A stretch of DNA of 58,784 nucleotides from an uncultured Coriobacteriaceae bacterium (GCA_964392965.1 CAYMSA010000001.1:6689-65472), one strand, 5' to 3'; positions 18,471-27,449 are shown, numbered from the stretch's first letter. Notes: generated by a model from the sequence alone, not told the origin. Made by a program: numbers and translations.

Positions 18471-18508
18471 GTTGCCGTACGCACAGGCGCCCGGGAAGGA
18501 CGAACGAC

Positions 18509-19192
18509 ATGGCCATCACCGAACCGTACTCGACCGGCAACTCGCCGAGCGAACGCCTCGATCCGCAGGTACGCGAGCGCCTGCCGGTCGACCTACAGAG
18601 AGCGATCGACTTCCACGGGCACTTCTGCCCCGGACTCACGATCGGCTATCGTGCGGCCACGATCGCGATGGCCGCGCTCGGCGTCGAACGGGGCACCGAC
18701 GAGGAGCTCCTCGGCATCGTGGAAACGGACGCCTGCGGCGTAGACGCATTCCAGTACCTGACCGGATGCACGCTCGGCAAGGGGAACTTCATCTACCGCG
18801 ACTACGGTAAGCAGGCGTTCACCGTCGCCCGCCGTCGGGATGGCAAGGGCGTACGCGTCGCCCTGCGAGCGGACGCCTTCCCGGCCGATCCGGAGCACTC
18901 GAGGCTCAGGGCGAGGGTTCTCGCAGGTGAGGCCACGCCCGAAGAGCGGGCGCGTCACCAGAGACACCACATCGAGCGGGCCATCGCCCTTCTAGAGGCT
19001 CCGGCCAAGGCCGTGGTCACGCTCACGGAGGTCGATGTGGAGATGCCGCCGAAGGCCGGTCTGTTCGACTCGGTCGTGTGCGCGGTCTGCGGCGAGGCGG
19101 TCATGGAGCCTCGCGCGCGGGTGCGCGACGGTGAGCCATGCTGCATACCCTGCTCCACGCGGTACGGCCGTGGCTGGGAGATCAACGCGTGA
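18509..19192 (+). CDS. FmdE-family protein (formylmethanofuran dehydrogenase subunit E-like domain plus C-terminal zinc ribbon)
   Basis: AIDFHGHFCPGLTIGYRA, ETDACGVDAFQYLTGCTLGKGN, C-terminal CAVCGE...CCIPC. Start trimmed to Met18 (18509) with a GGAAGGA RBS. Confidence 0.75.
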   Translation: MAITEPYSTGNSPSERLDPQVRERLPVDLQRAIDFHGHFCPGLTIGYRAATIAMAALGVERGTDEELLGIVETDACGVDAFQYLTGCTLGKGNFIYRDYGKQAFTVARRRDGKGVRVALRADAFPADPEHSRLRARVLAGEATPEERARHQRHHIERAIALLEAPAKAVVTLTEVDVEMPPKAGLFDSVVCAVCGEAVMEPRARVRDGEPCCIPCSTRYGRGWEINA

Positions 19193-19282
19193 CGTCTGCG
19201 ATCTGACGGAACGCTGTGGCACCACCTGTGAAGAGTGAAGACGTTGTGATGTGCGACGTCGGCCATCGGGAGAGGATCGGAC

Positions 19283-20425
19283 ATGAAGAGGCATTGGTTG
19301 CATGCGGGACTTGCGCTCATGGTGATCAGCGCACTGGCTGCGCCGATGGCGGTGTCAGGATGTGCCACGCGAGATGCGAACGACGATGCTCCTCAGACGT
19401 CGCAGCAGCCCGGAGCACCCATGCAGGTGACCGACCTCCTCGGCCGCCAGGTGACCGTGCCGACCGACATCGACGCCATCGCGGCGATCGGATCCGGCTC
19501 GCTGCGAATCGTCGTGTACGCCGATGCCGCAGACATGGTCGTGGGCATCGAGCAGAGTGAGACGAAGGCGCCGATCGCCCGTCCTTACACGCTCGCCCAC
19601 CCGGAGCTGCTCGAGCTCCCCATCATCGGCGCAGGTGGCCCCGACTCGGCACCTGACGCAGAGGCGCTCGCGAGCGCCGCACCTGACGTCATCTTCGCCG
19701 CTCAGATGCTCGACGCGGTGAGCGCCGACGAACTCCAGCGGGCAACGGGCATCCCGGTCGTCGTGCTCAGCTACGGTGACCTAGGCAACTTCAGCGCTGA
19801 CTTCTTCACGTCGCTCGATCTCGTGGGCAAGGTCCTCGGCAGGACCGAGCGCACCGACGCCGTCGCGGCATTCATCGAGGGCGCACTCGACGACCTGGCC
19901 ACCCGCACGGCTGACATCCCCGAGGTCGAGCAGCCGACGGTCTTCGTGGGCGCGCTCGGCTACAAGGGGCTGCACGGTCTCGAGAGTACGCAGGCGCGCT
20001 ACGCACCCTTCGGCGCGCTCAAGGTGAGAAGCGTGACGGCCGATCTGCAGCAGTCCGGCAGCGTCATGATCGACAAGGAACAGCTGCTCACATGGAATCC
20101 CGACTACCTCTTCGTCGACCTCTCGGGGCTGTCGCTCGTGCGCGAGGACGTCGGCACGAACGGTGCTCTCTACCGGGGGCTCTCGGCGGTCCAGAACGGC
20201 AGGGTCCACGCGCAGCTGCCGTTCAACAACTACTCAACCAACGTGGGTACTGCGCTTGCCGACGCCTACTACATCGGGAGCGTCCTCTATCCCGAGCGCT
20301 TCGCGGACGTCGATCCTGCCGCCAAGGCCGACGAGTTCTACACGTTCCTCGTCGGCGCCCCCGTCTACGAACAGCTGACCGCGATCTACGGGCCCTTCGG
20401 CCCGATCGACCTGCTGGCCGACTGA
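19283..20425 (+). CDS. ABC transporter substrate-binding lipoprotein, FecB/BtuF (iron-chelate/corrinoid) class
   Basis: Lipobox VSGC. IDAIAAIGSGSLRIVVYA, PDVIFAA, NPDYLFVD blocks are typical of the periplasmic-binding-protein (Peripla_BP_2) family. Confidence 0.75.
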   Translation: MKRHWLHAGLALMVISALAAPMAVSGCATRDANDDAPQTSQQPGAPMQVTDLLGRQVTVPTDIDAIAAIGSGSLRIVVYADAADMVVGIEQSETKAPIARPYTLAHPELLELPIIGAGGPDSAPDAEALASAAPDVIFAAQMLDAVSADELQRATGIPVVVLSYGDLGNFSADFFTSLDLVGKVLGRTERTDAVAAFIEGALDDLATRTADIPEVEQPTVFVGALGYKGLHGLESTQARYAPFGALKVRSVTADLQQSGSVMIDKEQLLTWNPDYLFVDLSGLSLVREDVGTNGALYRGLSAVQNGRVHAQLPFNNYSTNVGTALADAYYIGSVLYPERFADVDPAAKADEFYTFLVGAPVYEQLTAIYGPFGPIDLLAD

Positions 20426-20432
20426 GAGACAC

Positions 20433-21500
20433 ATGGCCCGTCAGCCGAAGACACGTCGCACCTACGCCGCCTACACGCGCCACAAGGCGATCGTGACACT
20501 GCTGCTCGGCGTGGCGTGCGTGTGTCTGGCTATCCTCGCCGTCCAGGCGGGTTCGGCCGGCCTGACAACCACTGAGGTTCTGCGCACGCTGCTCGGGATG
20601 GAGACGGGCGTCAACAACGCCATCGTCTGGAACATCCGTCTGCCGAGGGTGCTCGGCGCGATCATCGCAGGCGCGGGCCTCTCGATCGCGGGTGCCGTCA
20701 GCCAGAGCGTGCTGCGCAATCCCCTCGCATCGCCGTATACCCTTGGAATATCGCAGGGTGCGGCATTCGGGGCGGCGGTCGCGATCATCGGTTTCGGGGC
20801 CGGATCGATGGGCAGCCAGGCCATCGACGCGGTGCGCGTGCTCGACGTCGGCCCGGTGACTGCCTGCGCCTTCCTCGGCGCGATGATCGCGACGCTCGCC
20901 ATCATCGGGATCGCACGGCACCGGGGGACCTCCCCCGAGACGATGGTGCTCGCTGGTGTGGCCCTCGGCTCGCTCTTCTCGGCAGGCACGGTGCTTCTGC
21001 AGTACTTCGCCGAGGACACGCAGGTGGCGGCCATCGTCTTCTGGACGTTCGGCGACCTGGGACGCGCGTCCTGGCGTGACCTCGGCGTGATGGGTGTCGC
21101 CGTCCTCATCGGCCTCGTCTACTTCCTGTGGCACCGATGGGACTACAACGCGCTCGAAGGCGGTGTGGAGTCCGCCCAGGGCCTCGGCGTGAACGTTGCG
21201 CGGATCCGCATGATCGGCATGCTCGTAGCCTCGCTCGTGACCGCCGCCGTCGTCTCGTTCCTCGGTATCATCGGATTCATCGGACTGGTGGGGCCGCATC
21301 TCGTGCGGCGCGTGCTCGGGGACGACCACCGGTACCTCCTGCCGGCCTCGGCCTTCGCCGGCGCGCTCCTGTTGCTCGCCGCCGACACGGTGGCCCGGAC
21401 GGTCATCTCGCCGGTCGTCCTGCCGGTGGGCGCGATAACCTCGTTCCTCGGAGCACCACTCTTCCTCTACCTGCTCGTGAGCAGGAAGCGATCGCTCTGA
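20433..21500 (+). CDS. FecCD-family ABC transporter permease
   Basis: 355 aa, about 9-10 TM segments. RLPRVLGAIIAGAGLSIAGAVSQSVLRNPLASPYTLGIS signature of FecCD/BtuC. Confidence 0.85.
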   Translation: MARQPKTRRTYAAYTRHKAIVTLLLGVACVCLAILAVQAGSAGLTTTEVLRTLLGMETGVNNAIVWNIRLPRVLGAIIAGAGLSIAGAVSQSVLRNPLASPYTLGISQGAAFGAAVAIIGFGAGSMGSQAIDAVRVLDVGPVTACAFLGAMIATLAIIGIARHRGTSPETMVLAGVALGSLFSAGTVLLQYFAEDTQVAAIVFWTFGDLGRASWRDLGVMGVAVLIGLVYFLWHRWDYNALEGGVESAQGLGVNVARIRMIGMLVASLVTAAVVSFLGIIGFIGLVGPHLVRRVLGDDHRYLLPASAFAGALLLLAADTVARTVISPVVLPVGAITSFLGAPLFLYLLVSRKRSL

Positions 21501-22249
21501 TGCTCAAGGCCGACGACATCCGTTTTTCGTACGGTGCCGAGCACGTCCTCGAGGGTGTGAGCATGCGCGTCGAGCCGGGACGGTTCATGGCGATACTCGG
21601 CAACAACGGCGCCGGGAAGTCGACGCTCCTCAAGTGCATCAACGGCATCCTGCGGCCGCACCGCGGGACGGTGCTGCTTGATGAGTTCGACGTCGCTCAC
21701 CTGTCGCAACGCGAGATCGCGCGAGTCGTCGGCTACGTGCCGCAGCGGACGGAGGCCGCCCGGCTCACCGTATACGACGCCGTGTTGCTCGGCAGAAGGC
21801 CACACATCTCGTGGGACGCCTCGCGGCACGACCATGAGATCGTGGAACGTGTTCTCGACGAGCTCGACCTCACTGATCACGCTCTGCGCTACATCAACGA
21901 GCTCTCCGGTGGCGAGCTCCAGAAGACCGCCCTGGCACGCGCGCTCGCCCAGGAGCCTCGTGTGCTCCTGCTCGACGAGCCGACCGCAAGCCTCGACCTC
22001 CGCAATCAGCTCGATGTCCTCGCCACGGTGCGACGGATGATGGACGAGCACGACGTCGCCGTGGTGGCGGTCATGCACGACCTGAACCTCGCACTCCGGT
22101 TCGCCGACGTCTTCTGCTTCCTGAACGCCGGCGTGGTGGCCGCATGCGGCAGTGCCGAGGTGGTGACGCCCGAGACCATCGCGAAGGTCTACGGTGTGAC
22201 AGTGGACATCACGCGGGTGAACGGGGTGCCGGTCGTCGTCCCCGTGTGA
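21500..22249 (+). CDS. ABC transporter ATP-binding protein (FecE/BtuD class)
   Basis: ATG overlaps the permease stop (TGATG). Walker A GNNGAGKST, signature LSGGELQK, Walker B LLLDEPTASLD. Track ORF 21128 has a spurious 5' extension. Confidence 0.88.
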   Translation: MLKADDIRFSYGAEHVLEGVSMRVEPGRFMAILGNNGAGKSTLLKCINGILRPHRGTVLLDEFDVAHLSQREIARVVGYVPQRTEAARLTVYDAVLLGRRPHISWDASRHDHEIVERVLDELDLTDHALRYINELSGGELQKTALARALAQEPRVLLLDEPTASLDLRNQLDVLATVRRMMDEHDVAVVAVMHDLNLALRFADVFCFLNAGVVAACGSAEVVTPETIAKVYGVTVDITRVNGVPVVVPV

Positions 22250-22285
22250 GACGCCGGCCCGGAGCCTCCGCCCCGAACCGGCGTC
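22250..22285. terminator. 8-bp hairpin with large loop between convergent genes
   Basis: GACGCCGG-(20 nt)-CCGGCGTC immediately after the ATPase stop. Confidence 0.3.
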
Positions 22286-22313
22286 CACAAGAAACCTGTG
22301 TCGTAGCAGTGGG

Positions 22314-23081
22314 TCAGCCGGCGAGCCACCCGCCATCGATGTTGTAGTAGCCACCAGTGATGAAGCTCGCATGATCCGAGCACAGGAAGGTGATCAGGTC
22401 TGCGATCTCCTCCGGTTCTGCGAAACGCCTCATCGGCGTGACTGACTTGAGGTAGCCCACCATCTGCTCGTTCTCGAACAGCCCGGTGGTCATACCCGTC
22501 TTCACCACACCGGGTGCGATGCAGTTCACGCGTACACCGGCCTCCGCGTACGTGAGCGCAGCCGACTTGGTCAGGCCCCGCACCGCATGCTTGCTCGTGG
22601 GGTACGAAGGGTCACCGGCGCTCCCACGCTCCCCATTGATGCTGGAGAGGTTGACCACCGCACCGCCGCCGGAGGCGAGGATGGCAGGGATGCCGTACTT
22701 CATCCCGAGGAACGTGCCGGTGACGTTCACTTTCATGATCCGCTCGAACGCCTCGAGGGGCAGCTCATGCAGCGGAATCTGCGGTGCGGAGGACGAGAGC
22801 CCGGCGTTGTTCACCAGGTAGTCCATCCGGCCGAACTCATCCACCGCAGCGGCGACCATGGCCTTCACCGAAGGTTCATCGCCCACATCCACTTTCACTG
22901 CGAGCGCACTCCCGCCCGCATCATCGATCATGCGAACGGTTTCTTGAGCCCCCTCAAGGTTGTAGTCCGCTACGCAGACTTTCGCCCCGCCATCCGCGAA
23001 CAGCCTCGCCGTGGCACGTCCGATGCCCGAGCCACCACCTGTGACCAGGGCGACCTTCCCGTCGAACCTACCCATGCGCAC
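22314..23081 (-). CDS. Short-chain dehydrogenase/reductase (classical SDR)
   Basis: VTGGGSGIGR, NNAG, catalytic YPTSKHAV, PGVVKT. Confidence 0.85.
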   Translation of the reverse strand: MRMGRFDGKVALVTGGGSGIGRATARLFADGGAKVCVADYNLEGAQETVRMIDDAGGSALAVKVDVGDEPSVKAMVAAAVDEFGRMDYLVNNAGLSSSAPQIPLHELPLEAFERIMKVNVTGTFLGMKYGIPAILASGGGAVVNLSSINGERGSAGDPSYPTSKHAVRGLTKSAALTYAEAGVRVNCIAPGVVKTGMTTGLFENEQMVGYLKSVTPMRRFAEPEEIADLITFLCSDHASFITGGYYNIDGGWLAG

Positions 23082-23292
23082 TCCTTCCGTACGATACCCT
23101 GACCAGGAACCAGGGGCTTCTGAAGGCGATTACATACCATGCTGCAGGTGTGCCGCAAGCAGGCGGGTGCCCCTCCTTGCTCAGGCATTTTCAGGTATTC
23201 GTACAGCCGGCTCGCCGACCCCTGGCCCGTGCTAGGATGCGGCTCAGACGCCTGATGCGTCCCCATGTGCACGTCGACAGAAGGGAGCGGTC

Positions 23293-24051
23293 ATGACCGA
23301 CTTCGCAGGGAAGGTGGCCCTCGTCACAGGTGGTGGCTCGGGCATCGGCCGAGAATCGTGCCTGGGTTTCGCCCGGGGCGGCGCCAGAGTGGTCGTCTGC
23401 GACATCAGTGAAGCCGGTGGTAACGAGACGGTGGATCTCGTCAAGGCCGCTGGCAGCGATGCGGTGTTCGTCAAGTGCGATGTGTCCGACCCCGCCCAGG
23501 TCGAAGCAGCAGTCGCCCGTGCGGTCGAGGCGTTCGGCGGCCTCAACATCGTCGTGAACAACGCCGGCATCGGTGGAGCCGCTGCCCCCACCGGGGAGAT
23601 CGACATCGCCGACTGGAACAAGGTCATCGGCATCAACCTCAACGGCGTCATGCACGGCATGCGCTTCGGCATCCCCGCCATCCTCGCCTCCGGCGGCGGC
23701 GCGATCGTGAACATCTCGAGCATCCTGGGCCTCGTCGGTTTCGCAGGAAGCCCGGCGTACGTGGCGAGCAAGCACGCCGTCGCAGGACTCACGAAGGCAG
23801 CAGCCATCGAGTACGCCGCGAAGGGCATCCGCATCAACTCGATCCACCCCGGCTTCGTGGACACGCCGCTGCTGGCAGGCGCGATTCCGCAGGGCTCGGA
23901 CATCGCCGCGTTCATCGCGAGCAAGCACGCCATGAACCGCTTCGCGACTCCAGACGAGATCGCGAACGCGATCGTCTGGCTCGCATCCGATGAGGCATCG
24001 TTCGTCACCGGCGCGCAGTTCGCCATCGACGGCGGCTATACCTGCCAGTAG
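23293..24051 (+). CDS. Short-chain dehydrogenase/reductase (classical SDR), paralog of 22314..23081
   Basis: VTGGGSGIGR, NNAG, catalytic YVASKHAV, PGFVDT. Shares the GIPAILASGGGA(V/I)VN(L/I)SSI block with its neighbour. Confidence 0.85.
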   Translation: MTDFAGKVALVTGGGSGIGRESCLGFARGGARVVVCDISEAGGNETVDLVKAAGSDAVFVKCDVSDPAQVEAAVARAVEAFGGLNIVVNNAGIGGAAAPTGEIDIADWNKVIGINLNGVMHGMRFGIPAILASGGGAIVNISSILGLVGFAGSPAYVASKHAVAGLTKAAAIEYAAKGIRINSIHPGFVDTPLLAGAIPQGSDIAAFIASKHAMNRFATPDEIANAIVWLASDEASFVTGAQFAIDGGYTCQ

Positions 24052-24074
24052 CACCCCTCCACACAGAGCGATCG

Positions 24075-24109
24075 CGGCCCCGGCACCTCTACGGTGACCG
24101 GGGCCGTTT
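24075..24109 (+). terminator. 9-bp GC hairpin followed by TTT
   Basis: CGGCCCCGG-(14 nt)-CCGGGGCCG-TTT, 24 nt after the SDR stop and convergent with the YqhA-like gene. Confidence 0.45.
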
Positions 24110-24169
24110 CATGAGCACATGCCAGCGAGTCACCCATCGGTGCGCCGGATCCGCTGCGACAAGACACGG

Positions 24170-24670
24170 CTACGAAGGCCCGCGCTTCCCGCCGTTCAGG
24201 AAGTAGCCCATCGCCGCGACGACTGCCGCGATACCCACGCCCTGGTACGCGAGCGCCTGGGGTTCGGTACCCTTGATGACGAGGCCGAGGAACGAGACCG
24301 CGAGCACGACCGACACGACACCCACGAGCTTGCTCTTCAGATCGTCGAGCGAGTGGATGGTGAGCCACTCGGGCAGCTCGGCCGAGTCATCGATGAAGAG
24401 CTCGTAGAGTCCGAGCGACATGATGTAGAGCACCGTTGCAAGCAGGAAGACGTCCGCGAGCTCGATGAAGTCCAGGACCGCTTCCGTCTTGGCCAGCTCA
24501 CCGGTGATGGCGTGGCCGATGACCTTCACGGTCTCGACAGCGGCCATCACCGTAAGGGTGACGGCACCCAGGAAGAGGCCGAGGACCGGCACGCCGATGA
24601 CGAAGCGCGTGTGCGACAACAGTCGCCCCTTCGCCCTGGGTTCGTCGTTCTCGGGCTGATCGTTCATCAC
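24170..24670 (-). CDS. YqhA/UPF0114-family membrane protein
   Basis: 166 aa, 4 TM segments. FIELADVFLLATVLYIMSLGLYELFI and LDDLKSKLVGVV blocks are typical of UPF0114. Confidence 0.55.
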   Translation of the reverse strand: MMNDQPENDEPRAKGRLLSHTRFVIGVPVLGLFLGAVTLTVMAAVETVKVIGHAITGELAKTEAVLDFIELADVFLLATVLYIMSLGLYELFIDDSAELPEWLTIHSLDDLKSKLVGVVSVVLAVSFLGLVIKGTEPQALAYQGVGIAAVVAAMGYFLNGGKRGPS

Positions 24671-24717
24671 TCGGCCTCCTTCCTGGTTTCGCGTCTCGGC
24701 GGACGGACTTCCGTCGG

Positions 24718-25623
24718 CTAGAAGACGGTGACGACCGATCCGCCGAACTCCTGGTCGATGAACTGCTTGACCTTCTCCGAGGTGAGCGCCTTCACGAGCG
24801 CCTGGATCGCGGGGTCGTTCTCCGTGCCCTCGGCGACGGCGATGATGTTGCCGTAGGTCTCAGCGGCCAGGCCATCGGCTGCCTCACTCGCCAGTGCGTC
24901 GGCCACCGAAAGGCCCGCCGAGAGCGCGTAGTTGCCGTTGATGACACCGAAGTCCACGTCCTTGAGCGTGGCCGGGATGGCGGCCGCTTCCATCTCGACG
25001 AACGTGATGCCCTTGGGATTCTCGGCGATGTCGTTGACGGTGGCCTTCACGCCCGCATCCGCCTTGAGCGTGATGATGCCCTCCTGCTCCAGGAGGAGCA
25101 GCGCGCGTGCCTCGTTCGTGGCATCGTTGGGGACGGCTATCGAGCCGCCCTCAGGCAGGGCGTCGAGCGATGCGGTCTTGCCCGCGTACAGGCCGAGCGG
25201 CTCGAAGTGGATGGCCGCCGCCGAGACGAGCCTGGTGCCGTTCTCGGCGTTGAAGTCCTCCAGGTAGGGCAGGTGCTGGAAGTAGTTCGCATCGATCTCA
25301 CCGGTGTCGAGATCGGTGTTGGGGAGCACGTAGTCCGTGTACTCGATGATCTGGAGATCGATTCCCTCCGCCGCGAGGTCCTCCTTGACCTGCTCGAGGA
25401 TGATCGCGTGCGGCGTCGTGGAGGCGCCGACCTTGAGGACCGTGGTCTCACCGCCAGCTTCGGGTGTACCAGTGGCCTCGCCGCCTCCTGAGCTGCCACC
25501 CGAACCGCCGGAGCAACCGGCGAGCCCGAGGATGCCGAGCGACAGGACGAGGACGAGCGCGAGCGCGCTGGTGGTGAAGCGCCGCCTACGCGCCGATGGT
25601 GCGATGGTTCGTGGTGATTTCAT
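24718..25623 (-). CDS. metQ: Methionine ABC transporter substrate-binding lipoprotein (MetQ/NlpA family)
   Basis: Lipobox LAGC. LKVGASTTPHAIILE, ANYFQHLPYL, VPNDATNEARALLLL. Confidence 0.85.
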   Translation of the reverse strand: MKSPRTIAPSARRRRFTTSALALVLVLSLGILGLAGCSGGSGGSSGGGEATGTPEAGGETTVLKVGASTTPHAIILEQVKEDLAAEGIDLQIIEYTDYVLPNTDLDTGEIDANYFQHLPYLEDFNAENGTRLVSAAAIHFEPLGLYAGKTASLDALPEGGSIAVPNDATNEARALLLLEQEGIITLKADAGVKATVNDIAENPKGITFVEMEAAAIPATLKDVDFGVINGNYALSAGLSVADALASEAADGLAAETYGNIIAVAEGTENDPAIQALVKALTSEKVKQFIDQEFGGSVVTVF

Positions 25624-25676
25624 ATTCTCCGACCCTTTCTCTCAAGCGGCCCCTCCGGAGTCGCTGTCTCCCTGTG

Positions 25677-26345
25677 CTAGCGGTTGCGCTTGTCGAGCGC
25701 CCGCGCGATGAGGTCGCCCGCGCTCTGGATGATCTGCACGAGGACGATCAGGATGACGATCGTGGCAATCATCACGTCGTCCTGGTAGCGGTAGTAGCCG
25801 TAGCGGATGGCGATGTCGCCGAGTCCACCCGCGCCGATGGCCCCCGCCATCGCCGAGTAGCCGAACAACGTGATGAGCGTGATCGACGCGCCGCGGACGA
25901 TCGACGGCAGACTCTCCCGCAGCATGACCTTCCCGATGACCTGGCGCACAGAGGCGCCATACGACAGCGCCGCCTCGATCACGCCGGCGCTCACCTCGGC
26001 AAGCGAGCTCTCGACGAGCCGTGCAACGAAGGGCGTCGCCGCGAAGACGAGCGGTACGATCGCCCCCTTCGTGCCGAGCGAGGTCCCGACGAGGAGCCGC
26101 GTCACGGGAATGAGCGCCACGAGCAGGATGATGAAGGGGATCGAGCGTCCGATATTGACGATCCACCCGAGCACCGCGTTGAGTCCAAGGTGCGGCTTGA
26201 GCGACCCGGGCGCGGTTATGGTGACGAGTACGCCGAGCGGTACGCCGAAGAGGTACGTGATGGCGGTCGAGACCACCGTCATCACGAGGGTCGCGAGTGT
26301 GCCTTCGAGCAGAAGTCCGCCGTACTGCGCGAGGAAGTCACTCAT
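25677..26345 (-). CDS. metI: Methionine ABC transporter permease
   Basis: 222 aa. GRSIPFIILLVALIPVTRLLVGTSLG and AMAGAIGAGGLGDIAIRYGY are MetI hallmarks. Confidence 0.88.
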   Translation of the reverse strand: MSDFLAQYGGLLLEGTLATLVMTVVSTAITYLFGVPLGVLVTITAPGSLKPHLGLNAVLGWIVNIGRSIPFIILLVALIPVTRLLVGTSLGTKGAIVPLVFAATPFVARLVESSLAEVSAGVIEAALSYGASVRQVIGKVMLRESLPSIVRGASITLITLFGYSAMAGAIGAGGLGDIAIRYGYYRYQDDVMIATIVILIVLVQIIQSAGDLIARALDKRNR

Positions 26346-27084
26346 CCCAACGCACCTGCCCCAGAAGTCGCTTCGTCACGTCGTTGCGCGGACTCGCCAG
26401 AACCTCGGCCGCATCGCCCTGTTCCACGATTCGCGAGCCGTCGATGACCGCGACCCGGTTGCAGATCTTCTCGACGACGCCGATCTCGTGCGTGATGACG
26501 ACCATCGTGACGCCGGTCTCCCGGTTGATCTGCCGCAACAGCTTGAGCACCGAGTTCGTCGTGAGACTATCGAGTGCGGACGTCGCCTCGTCGCACAGGA
26601 TGACCCGCGGGTGGTTGGCGAGCGCCCGGGCGATGGAGACACGTTGCTGCTGCCCTCCCGACAGCTGCGACGGGTACTGCCGGGCCTTCTGCGAGAGGCC
26701 GACGAGCTCGAGCAGCTCGCGCCCCCGCGCCTCGCGGTCGGCAACGCTGTCGCCACGGATCTCAAGCGGGAACGTCACGTTCTCGAAGACCGTCCGCTGT
26801 GCGAAGAGGTTGAAGTCCTGGAACACCATGCCGATCGTGGCACGCAGATCCGAGAGTTGCCGGCCGGTGAATCCCGTCACGTCCACGCCGTCGATGATGA
26901 CCGAGCCGGACGTGGGCCGCTCGAGGAGGTTGATGCACCGGACGAGCGTGCTCTTGCCCGCGCCGCTCATGCCGATGATGCCGAAGATGTCGCCGTCCTC
27001 GATGGTGAGGTTGATGTCCTCGAGCGCCGTGTGCCGCGTACCCCGGGTATCGAACGTCTTCGAGAGGTTCTTGATCTCGATCAT
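26338..27084 (-). CDS. metN: Methionine ABC transporter ATP-binding protein, short form lacking the C-terminal NIL domain
   Basis: MIEIKNLSKTF..., Walker A GMSGAGKST, LSGGQQQRVSIARAL, ILCDEATSALD. Start trimmed to Met118 of the track ORF (alternative ATG at 27153). The protein ends about 30 aa after the H-loop region. Confidence 0.82.
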   Translation of the reverse strand: MIEIKNLSKTFDTRGTRHTALEDINLTIEDGDIFGIIGMSGAGKSTLVRCINLLERPTSGSVIIDGVDVTGFTGRQLSDLRATIGMVFQDFNLFAQRTVFENVTFPLEIRGDSVADREARGRELLELVGLSQKARQYPSQLSGGQQQRVSIARALANHPRVILCDEATSALDSLTTNSVLKLLRQINRETGVTMVVITHEIGVVEKICNRVAVIDGSRIVEQGDAAEVLASPRNDVTKRLLGQVRWDE

Positions 27085-27449
27085 GCGCCGGCGCTCCGGA
27101 CGCCCGAGCGGCGTGGCGAACGCAGGGTACGCCGAGGCCACCGACCGCGACATGCCGGGGCGAGCTGCAGACGAACCGACGTATGTGAGTTGACGTTCAT
27201 CACCGCGCCATTCTAGCCGCTCCGCGCTCGGCTGTGCACCCGCGCGCGACGCGAGCTCGGCGGCCGTTCGAGCGGACCCGCCCCGGCCTTTCGGACGATG
27301 TGACCCCTCCGATCGGTAACGTCGCTGGTCGACTGCCACGTTTGCCGCTATGCTGACGAGGTTGTGACACCTCCGGGCAGCCGTCCGGAGCCCATATCTC
27401 CGAGGCGACCGACCGCCCGTCCGCGCGAACACCACGAAAAGGGGTCGAA

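Noticed and set aside
21128-21499. N-terminal extensions of track ORFs. This example is the ABC ATPase; the same applies to 26338..27435, 37673..39595, 44679..47528, 40218..40439, 33066..33227 and 28326..28436.
   Set aside because: The extensions overlap upstream genes or are Arg/Pro-rich. Internal starts coincide with the conserved protein N-termini, with RBS-like sequences or with stop/start overlaps.
23244-24026. 260-aa minus-strand ORF
   Set aside because: It is antisense to the SDR gene 23293..24051, which has TGGGSGIG, NNAG and YxxxK motifs.
27085-27449. Possible SAM riboswitch or Met T-box upstream of metN
   Set aside because: I read the minus-strand leader against remembered SAM-I (GGAGGGA..GGCCC..GCAACC..GGUGCCAAUUCC), SAM-IV, SAM-VI and T-box (GGGUGGUACCGCG) cores. 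There were only vague partial resemblances (GGAGGGGTCAC, GGTGCACAGCC), which is not enough to call.
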